From an uncultured Gammaproteobacteria bacterium (lineage in GTDB: Bacteria; Patescibacteriota; Microgenomatia; Daviesbacterales; UBA10151), in assembly GCA_964523905.1 (NCBI GenBank), contig CAZFYQ010000002.1, forward strand, positions 66,177 to 130,176: a DNA stretch of 64,000 bases. Direction: 5' to 3'. Below the pieces are notes generated by a model. That model was not told where the DNA came from. It worked only from the letters and a program-made list of their open reading frames with translations, and searched no databases. Below, piece after piece: positions 57,470-64,000 of this stretch. Numbering within the stretch: the first letter of the stretch is position 1; every line of letters begins with the position of its first letter. The position numbers and the translations under genes are program-made.

Positions 57470-58520
57470 GACGGTACTAGTGACTGGATCAGCTGGCTTA
57501 ATCGGTTCTGAGGCAGTTAGGTTTTTTGCAGATAAGGGTTTTAAAATAATTGGTATTGATAATAATTCCAGAAGATACTTCTTTGGTCCCGCTGCGTCTA
57601 CTCTTTGGAATAAAAACAAATTAAAAAGAGAAATTAAAGATTACACACATGTAAATGTTGATATCAGGAATCAAAAAAAAATTGAACAAGTTTTTAAAGA
57701 TAATAAAATTGATTTAGTAATTCATGCAGCAGCACAACCATCTCATGATTGGGCAGCCAAAGAGCCTCTAACTGATTTCACTATTAATGCCTTAGGTACC
57801 TTGATTATGCTGGAAGCCTACCGAAAATTTGCACCGGAGGCAGTGTTTATTTTTACTTCAACAAATAAGGTTTATGGGGATAATCCCAATAAATTGCCAC
57901 TAAAGGAGTTATCTACTCGCTGGGAATTACCGAAGACTCACAAATATTATAATGGTATCGATGAAAGTATGAGTCTGGATGATACCACTCATTCGATCTT
58001 TGGAGTTTCTAAAACCTCTGCTGATTTAATGGTACAAGAGTACGGTCGTTATTTTGGGTTAAAAACAGGTGTATTTAGAGGCGGTTGTTTAACTGGTCCT
58101 GCTCATTCTTCTGCTCAGTTACATGGCTTTTTAGCATATCTAGTGGCCTCTATTGCCAGAAAACAGCCGTATACGATTTTTGGGTATAAAGGAAAACAAG
58201 TAAGGGATAATATTCATGCTTATGATGTGGTTAATGCTTTTTATCAATACTTTCAAAATCCACGTCAAGGAGAGGTATATAATTTAGGCGGATCAAGACA
58301 TTCCAATATTTCAGTAATGGAAGCAGTGGAAAAGATCCAAAAGATAACTGGAAATAAAGCAAAAATAGAATATAACAAAACAAATAGGATAGGGGATCAT
58401 ATCTGGTATATTTCTGATGTATCCAAATTTCAAAAACACTATCCAAAATGGGAATATACATATGACTCAGATAAAATTTTAGAAGAACTTTGTGATTTTG
58501 CCATGCATCAGAAGAAATAA
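57459..58520 (+). CDS. NAD-dependent sugar epimerase (CDP-paratose 2-epimerase-like SDR).
   Basis: It has [29 protein letters not shown] and GKQVRD. Confidence 0.55.
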   Translation: MASKTVLVTGSAGLIGSEAVRFFADKGFKIIGIDNNSRRYFFGPAASTLWNKNKLKREIKDYTHVNVDIRNQKKIEQVFKDNKIDLVIHAAAQPSHDWAAKEPLTDFTINALGTLIMLEAYRKFAPEAVFIFTSTNKVYGDNPNKLPLKELSTRWELPKTHKYYNGIDESMSLDDTTHSIFGVSKTSADLMVQEYGRYFGLKTGVFRGGCLTGPAHSSAQLHGFLAYLVASIARKQPYTIFGYKGKQVRDNIHAYDVVNAFYQYFQNPRQGEVYNLGGSRHSNISVMEAVEKIQKITGNKAKIEYNKTNRIGDHIWYISDVSKFQKHYPKWEYTYDSDKILEELCDFAMHQKK

Positions 58521-58521
58521 T

Positions 58522-59649
58522 TTACTGTGCTTTTAATAGCCCCTTGGCTTTTAATTGTTCAGATGCTTTTTCAAATAGATCTTCAGCTTTTTCTTTCTCG
58601 CTCCAGGTAATTAAATCTTTCATTCCTTCTGTAAAACTCCATTTAGGAGACCAGCCCAAGGTTCTCTTAATTAAAGATATATCAGAGCTGCAGTGTCTGA
58701 CATCACCGGACCTGAATTTTCCGGTAATTTCTGGGCTAATATTTTTCTTGAGTAACTTTGCCAAGATTTCTGCAATTTCCTTGATGGTAATTGCTTTGCC
58801 CGCTCCTAAATTAAAGATTTGCCCAAAAGCTTTTTCATTTTCCAAAGCTGCAATATTAGCATCTGCAATGTCATAGACTGAAACAAAATCACGAGTTTGT
58901 AATCCATCTTCATAAACCACTGGTTGGTGATCATTTTTCAATCTACTTAAGAAAATAGCAGCGACCCCGGTGTATGGATTAGAAAGAGATTGACGCGGCC
59001 CATAAACATTAAAATATCGAAAAGCTGTGGCAGCAGTTCCATAGGCTTTTCCAAAAATCATTACCATATCTTCCTGAGATTGTTTTGTAACAGCATATAT
59101 AGAATTGGATCTAAATGGTTGATCCTCGGAAATTCCTACAGGTGTAAGTAAGCGATGACAATTAGGACAAAATAGTTCCCACTTTTTTCCAGACATTTGC
59201 TGATCATCTCGAAGATTTGGTCTGACTAAACCGCATTTTGGACAATTATATAGTCCTTCACCATAGGCACTCATGGAAGAGGCGACAATAATTCGTTTTA
59301 CAGAAGTTTTATTATTTGCTAGGTAATCTAGCAGCTTAGCTGTTCCTAAAGTATTGTTATATACATATTTTTCTATCTCATACATGCTTTGACCGACTCC
59401 TACCACTGCTGCCTCATGATAAATAGCATCCATACCAACGATTGCTTTTTTCAAATCACTAAAATTAGTGACGTCTCCTTTAATAAACTCAGCTTTTTTG
59501 TTTAGATATACTGGTTTTCCATTTTGATGAACTTGATCTGTTAAATTATCTAAAATTCTGACTTGGTATTTTTTTGTAATTAACCTATCTACTAAATGAG
59601 AACCAATAAATCCGGCCCCGCCTGTAACTAAAACCTTTTTAATCTTCAT
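58522..59649 (-). CDS. NAD-dependent epimerase/dehydratase family protein with an inserted CxxC-X17-CxxC zinc-ribbon-like segment.
   Basis: It has [12 protein letters not shown] and YAVTK. An insertion reads YNCPKCGLVRPNLRDDQQMSGKKWELFCPNCH. Confidence 0.55.
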   Translation of the reverse strand: MKIKKVLVTGGAGFIGSHLVDRLITKKYQVRILDNLTDQVHQNGKPVYLNKKAEFIKGDVTNFSDLKKAIVGMDAIYHEAAVVGVGQSMYEIEKYVYNNTLGTAKLLDYLANNKTSVKRIIVASSMSAYGEGLYNCPKCGLVRPNLRDDQQMSGKKWELFCPNCHRLLTPVGISEDQPFRSNSIYAVTKQSQEDMVMIFGKAYGTAATAFRYFNVYGPRQSLSNPYTGVAAIFLSRLKNDHQPVVYEDGLQTRDFVSVYDIADANIAALENEKAFGQIFNLGAGKAITIKEIAEILAKLLKKNISPEITGKFRSGDVRHCSSDISLIKRTLGWSPKWSFTEGMKDLITWSEKEKAEDLFEKASEQLKAKGLLKAQ

Positions 59650-59672
59650 ATTTCGCTATTTTATCATATCAA

Positions 59673-60458
59673 TTAACTTGGATTATAATAGCCAGCGGCG
59701 GCTTTTATTTGTGCTGATAAGAAGCCTAGATTACCCTTGAAAAAACTAATTTTAGTGTGAACTTTGCCTGGAGCGTATCTTCTTTCAACTGGGATTTCCT
59801 TTGTTTTTAATCCCAATTGGTTAGCCCTAACTGTTAGGTACATGTTTAATTCATAACTGGTAAAGATATTACGAAAAGGTTTTACTTTAGGGTGAGTTAA
59901 ATATTTGACACTATATCCTCTAAAACCATTGGTTACATCTGTATACCAATACATTGCTCCGATAGATAAAATTGGTGCAGCAAGTAACCTAACAGCGAAG
60001 AATCTCATCGGAGGAGTATTAATGGCCCTGCCGCCTTTTACAAACCGTGATCCTTGTACATAATCATAACTTTCGTCTAATGCCTTAATGAAATCAGGAA
60101 TAGCTTCAACACCATCTTTGTTATTACCATCAATTTGGATGATTCCTTTATAACCTTGGGATAAAGCATAAGAAAAAGCCATTCTAAGTTGGGTGCCCTG
60201 TTTACCTTTAGTGACCAGTGTCAAAAGAGTTCTGACATTCATCTGTTTAAGAAACTTGGGATTGGTTGATTCATCAGTTGATCCCCAATCAGCAATAATG
60301 ATGTCTGCCAATTTAGAAAAGGGAAGCATTCTTTTTAATTGGGTTTTAATTTTTTCACCTTCATTTAATACCGGAATACAAATACAGTATTTAGCTGTTT
60401 TTTTTCTAAATTCTTGTTTTTTATAATCAGGAATTTGCCAACCGCTTTTTTTAGTCAT
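59673..60458 (-). CDS. GT2 family glycosyltransferase.
   Basis: CICIPVLNEGEKI...IIIADWGSTDEST. Confidence 0.55.
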   Translation of the reverse strand: MTKKSGWQIPDYKKQEFRKKTAKYCICIPVLNEGEKIKTQLKRMLPFSKLADIIIADWGSTDESTNPKFLKQMNVRTLLTLVTKGKQGTQLRMAFSYALSQGYKGIIQIDGNNKDGVEAIPDFIKALDESYDYVQGSRFVKGGRAINTPPMRFFAVRLLAAPILSIGAMYWYTDVTNGFRGYSVKYLTHPKVKPFRNIFTSYELNMYLTVRANQLGLKTKEIPVERRYAPGKVHTKISFFKGNLGFLSAQIKAAAGYYNPS

Positions 60459-60485
60459 GCGTTGGATATGATATCATTCTAGAAT

Positions 60486-61316
60486 ATGAAAAAGAAAGGT
60501 TTGGTTTCAGTAATTATCACTACCAAAAATGAAGCCACAGTTATCGGAACTCTTTTGCAAAGTATTCATCAGCAAACCTACCCTAAAATAGAAACTATTT
60601 TAGTTGATAATAATTCAACAGATAACACAAAAAAAATTGCTGAGCAAAATAAAACAGTGAAGATTTACTCTGTTGGTCCAGAAAGATCAGCTCAAAGAAA
60701 TTTTGGAGCCAAAAATTCTTCTGGAGATTTTCTATTTTTTCTTGATGCTGATATGGAATTAACATCAAAAGTAATAGCAGTTTGTGTTCAAAAGATAGCC
60801 AAGGAAAATATTGCTGGAGTGGTGGTGCCTGAGGAATCTAAATGGACTAACTTTTGGGGACAGGTAAAAGCATTTGAACGATCATTTTATAGTGAGAAAG
60901 GAGATCCAATTACTGATGCCGCTAGGTTTTTTTCTAAAAAAGTATTTAATAAGGTAGGTGGATACGATGAATCCATTACCGGACCGGAGGATTGGGACTT
61001 ACCAGATAGAATTAGAGAACAGGGTTATAAAATAGATAGAATTACAGAAAAAATTTATCATCATGAACAAGAATTATCTCTTGGAAGATTGTTTAAGAAA
61101 AAATTTTATTATGGCCTTAATGCGCATAGATATTTATCAAAGCACAAAATTGGAGTCCTTAGCCCAAAAACAATTTATTTTTTAAGACCCCTTTTTTACA
61201 AAAACTGGACTAAGCTAATTATTCATCCACTGCTTTCTTTGGCGATGATCTATATGCTTTCAGTAGAATTAATTGGTGGCGGATTAGGATACATTATCGG
61301 AAGGTTTAATAAGTGA
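60486..61316 (+). CDS. GT2 family glycosyltransferase.
   Basis: VSVIITTKNEATVI...VDNNSTDNT...FLDADMEL. Confidence 0.65.
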   Translation: MKKKGLVSVIITTKNEATVIGTLLQSIHQQTYPKIETILVDNNSTDNTKKIAEQNKTVKIYSVGPERSAQRNFGAKNSSGDFLFFLDADMELTSKVIAVCVQKIAKENIAGVVVPEESKWTNFWGQVKAFERSFYSEKGDPITDAARFFSKKVFNKVGGYDESITGPEDWDLPDRIREQGYKIDRITEKIYHHEQELSLGRLFKKKFYYGLNAHRYLSKHKIGVLSPKTIYFLRPLFYKNWTKLIIHPLLSLAMIYMLSVELIGGGLGYIIGRFNK

Positions 61317-62422
61317 AAGTTTTACAACTAACTGTACATTTTTCACCCAACGTAGGCGGAGTGGAGACTCACTTATCAGATTTAGTAAAGTTTTTAGTGA
61401 AACAAAATATACAGGTATTTGTACTTTGTTACCAGCCTCTTTCCGTAAAGGTTGGATGGAAGATGTATGAAAAAGAAACAGCACTGGAAATTTTCCGTAT
61501 TCCCTGGATTGCCGGTTTATTTTACAAGTTAATCAAAAGTCCGATACTGGAATTTATTTACTTAGTCCCGGGTTTGTTCATAATTACTCCTTTGATACTG
61601 GTTATTAAAAATCCTAAGATTATACATGCCCACGGAATAGTAGCAGGCTTTGTAGCTGTATTTTGGGGAAAATTATTTAACAAAAGGATAATTATTTCTA
61701 CACACAGCATTTATTCATTCCCAAAAAGCGGTTTGTATCATGACTTTGCCAGATTTATTTTTGTCGGAGCAGATCAAGTACTTTGTTTATCTAATCAGTC
61801 TAAAAATGAATTAATTAAGCTCATTAGTGTAAGTAAGCTTAAAACATTTACATACTGGATTGATTTGAATAAATTCACCAGACAAAAAGAAAGCAGTTTT
61901 AAATTTAAGGAAAAGTTTGTGGTCTTATTTGTAGGAAGACTTATTTTAGAAAAAGGATTGGATGTATTACTGGATTCGGTAAAATCCTGGAATAAAAATA
62001 TCGGATTGGTGATAGCAGGAACAGGACCATTGGAAAATTTGGTAAAAAAACAATCCAGTGAAAATTTCCAAATTCATTTTCAAGGAAAAGTAGATCAAAG
62101 CAATTTGCCGGATTTATATAATAGCGTCAATCTTTTAATTGTTCCATCTACTACAGAAGAAGGTTTTGGTAGGGTGATAATTGAGTCACTTGCATGCGGA
62201 ACCCCGGTAGTAGCTGCTAATAGGGGAGCTATTACGGAAGCGATGGATAGTAGTGTAGGTAGATTAATAGACATCTCTCCCCAAAGCATCAAAAATGCAG
62301 TTGAGGATTTATATAATCATCCGGCAAAACTGAATTTAATGGCAAAAAATGCCAGAAGCTTTGCGGAGAGGAGGTATTCGGAGAAAAATGGACAAACAAT
62401 TATCAACTCCTACAAGGATTAA
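61313..62422 (+). CDS. GT4 family glycosyltransferase with a GTG start.
   Basis: EGFGRVIIESLACGTPVVAANRGAITEAM. The GTG overlaps the upstream TGA (GTGA). Confidence 0.6.
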   Translation: MKVLQLTVHFSPNVGGVETHLSDLVKFLVKQNIQVFVLCYQPLSVKVGWKMYEKETALEIFRIPWIAGLFYKLIKSPILEFIYLVPGLFIITPLILVIKNPKIIHAHGIVAGFVAVFWGKLFNKRIIISTHSIYSFPKSGLYHDFARFIFVGADQVLCLSNQSKNELIKLISVSKLKTFTYWIDLNKFTRQKESSFKFKEKFVVLFVGRLILEKGLDVLLDSVKSWNKNIGLVIAGTGPLENLVKKQSSENFQIHFQGKVDQSNLPDLYNSVNLLIVPSTTEEGFGRVIIESLACGTPVVAANRGAITEAMDSSVGRLIDISPQSIKNAVEDLYNHPAKLNLMAKNARSFAERRYSEKNGQTIINSYKD

Positions 62423-63227
62423 ACTAGATCGATTACTTGATAATGCAGGCGATATGGCTTTAAAAAGAAGAGCAAGACGAATTATTGAGGCTATTAATCC
62501 CCAAACTAATGAACAGATTATGGATTTGGGTTGTGGCACTGGGTATTATCTTTTTCTATTATCCAGTTTACCAGTTAAACTTCAGTTAACAGGTTTGGAT
62601 AATGATAAGAAAGCTTTAGTTGAAGGAAAAGAGTCTCTTAAAGGACGGGGTATAAAATTTGTCTTGAATGATTCACGTAAATTACCCTTCCCTAAAAGCA
62701 GTTTCGATAAAATTGTAGCCTCTGAAGTATTAGAGCATGTTGAAAATGATGAACAAGTCCTAAAAGAAATTTATCGAGTATTAAAACCAGGTGGTAGATT
62801 GGTGATCTCTGTTCCGTCAATCAATTATCCATTTTTCTGGGATCCCATTAATTGGACTTTGCAACATTTATTTAATACACATATTAAAACCGGTTTTTTT
62901 TCCGGGTTATGGTATGGACATTTAAGATTATATCAAAAAGAAAACCTCAGAAAAAAATTTATCAAAGCCGGGTTTAAAGTAGCAAATTGTGAGGAATTAA
63001 CTTTCTGGTGTTTACCATTTAATCACTATCTAATTAATTTAGTAGCAAGGCTTTTATATGATGTTAAAATCTCTCCTAAAATTGCTGATAGTCTATCAAA
63101 ATTTAAAGAAACTAAGAAGCCCCTTTTTATAAGGTTAGCTTTTGGTTTAATTAATACAGTTGATAGTCTAAACGAACTATTTCCTCAAGGTAGTGGAGTA
63201 AATGTATTTGTTGTAGGGGATAAATAG
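62388..63227 (+). CDS. Class I SAM-dependent methyltransferase.
   Basis: Motif I is DLGCGTGYY. The motif VLEHVENDEQVLKEIYRVLKPGGRLVIS is also present. The start is ambiguous (62349, 62388 or 62454). Confidence 0.6.
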   Translation: MDKQLSTPTRIKLDRLLDNAGDMALKRRARRIIEAINPQTNEQIMDLGCGTGYYLFLLSSLPVKLQLTGLDNDKKALVEGKESLKGRGIKFVLNDSRKLPFPKSSFDKIVASEVLEHVENDEQVLKEIYRVLKPGGRLVISVPSINYPFFWDPINWTLQHLFNTHIKTGFFSGLWYGHLRLYQKENLRKKFIKAGFKVANCEELTFWCLPFNHYLINLVARLLYDVKISPKIADSLSKFKETKKPLFIRLAFGLINTVDSLNELFPQGSGVNVFVVGDK

Positions 63228-63229
63228 CC

Positions 63230-63955
63230 TTATTTATATAAGCCTTTGATCTCATTTAACTTTATTTTCACTAGTTCTGTAAGTGAATAAATAATCGCAT
63301 CCGGAAATTTTACTTTTGTTCCCAGATCATTCCTCCATTCTACAGGAATTTCCTTAATGGAATGTTTTTTTATCTTACCAATATATAAGATTTCAGAATC
63401 AAATCCCCATCTGCCAATTTGTTGCCTGCTAAAGATTTCTTCCGCGGCTTTATCGGAAAAACATTTAAAGCCACAGGTAAAATCAGAAATGTCCATTTGT
63501 AATATTGTCTGAGACATTTTAGTAAACATTTTTCCAAGAGCCTCACGAACTATTGGTTGCCTAATGATTATTTTAGAATTTTTCATCTTGCGGGACCCAA
63601 TAATAATTGGATATTTTTTAAAGTGGGGTAGTAATTTATTAAACTCAGTTATTGGGGTAGATAGATCAACATCCAGAAAAAAACGATACTTACCTTTAGC
63701 ACTGAGCATTCCTTGTTTTATTGCCGCCCCTTTACCGCGATTAGGAGCATAGGAAACTAGTTTAAATTTTAATTTCTTTTGTAAACTATTAAGAAGTTTT
63801 AAAGTCTTATCAGTTGAACCATCGTTAATGATAATTACTTCCCAGCTAAATTTTTGCTTCTTAAAGAAATCGATTATTGAATTAATATTACCTAATCTTT
63901 TCTGCTCATTAAAAACTGGAATAATTACTGATAAATACGGATTTTGTTTTTTCAT
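63230..63955 (-). CDS. GT2 polyprenyl-phosphate sugar synthase (Dpm1/GtrB-like).
   Basis: LSVIIPVFNEQKRL...IIINDGSTDKT...FLDVDLSTP. It is 241 aa. Confidence 0.7.
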   Translation of the reverse strand: MKKQNPYLSVIIPVFNEQKRLGNINSIIDFFKKQKFSWEVIIINDGSTDKTLKLLNSLQKKLKFKLVSYAPNRGKGAAIKQGMLSAKGKYRFFLDVDLSTPITEFNKLLPHFKKYPIIIGSRKMKNSKIIIRQPIVREALGKMFTKMSQTILQMDISDFTCGFKCFSDKAAEEIFSRQQIGRWGFDSEILYIGKIKKHSIKEIPVEWRNDLGTKVKFPDAIIYSLTELVKIKLNEIKGLYK

Positions 63956-64000
63956 TGCTTTATCTTTTTTGCAATTGTTACCAAAGATGTTCCTATAGGA

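Noticed and set aside
1-64000. A CRISPR array or other regularly spaced direct repeats.
   Set aside because: I found no series of 25-40 nt direct repeats with unique spacers. The repeated sequences found are coding-level paralogy and the single GC-rich palindromic element.

Overview
This is an AT-rich bacterial chromosomal segment that uses the standard genetic code. UGA acts as a stop codon in several 4-nt ATGA start/stop overlaps, and a full-length RF2 gene is present. Genes are tightly packed, with many 1-17 nt start/stop overlaps. No rRNA, tRNA or CRISPR array could be recognised.

Positions 1-7.3 kb hold a minus-strand housekeeping and cell-division block. It contains tsaE (partial), an Fn3-like surface protein with a Pro/Thr-rich linker, two paralogous coiled-coil cell-wall hydrolases (one with an M23 domain, one with a CHAP/C39-like domain), ftsX, ftsE, a small anchored protein and prfB. 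A GC-rich orphan ORF with a clean intrinsic terminator follows.

Positions 7.3-13 kb carry a membrane protein, a short TsaB-like protein, a CAP-domain protein and a nucleotide-sugar operon. The operon comprises a long-form RmlA-like nucleotidyltransferase, rfbB, rfbC and a GDP-mannose 4,6-dehydratase (gmd).

From 13.1 kb to the end of the window (more than 50 kb) there is an extraordinarily dense glycosylation island. It holds about 10 GT2 genes, most of them short Dpm1/GtrB-like polyprenyl-phosphate sugar synthases. One of these is fused to a GtrA-like domain and another to a GT-C membrane domain. There are 4 GT4 genes and 2 Wzx-like flippases. There are at least 8 PMT/ArnT-like (GT39/GT83-type) GT-C paralogs that share a conserved N-terminal DE-containing loop motif; six of them sit in one tandem array. 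Three DUF2029/GT87-like GT-C membrane proteins form one paralog family, and two PIG-V-like membrane proteins a second. Two families of very large uncharacterised polytopic membrane proteins are present, one carrying a frameshifted paralog. The island also encodes a GDP-mannose 3,5-epimerase-like SDR, two further SDR epimerases (one with a CxxC...CxxC insertion), a cyclase-family protein and a SAM methyltransferase.

I saw no initiating phosphoglycosyltransferase or Wzy/ligase. The locus therefore looks like a multiplied Gtr-type extracytoplasmic glycosylation system rather than a classical O-antigen cluster. The gene content and style resemble Patescibacteria/CPR, but that cannot be verified from the sequence alone.
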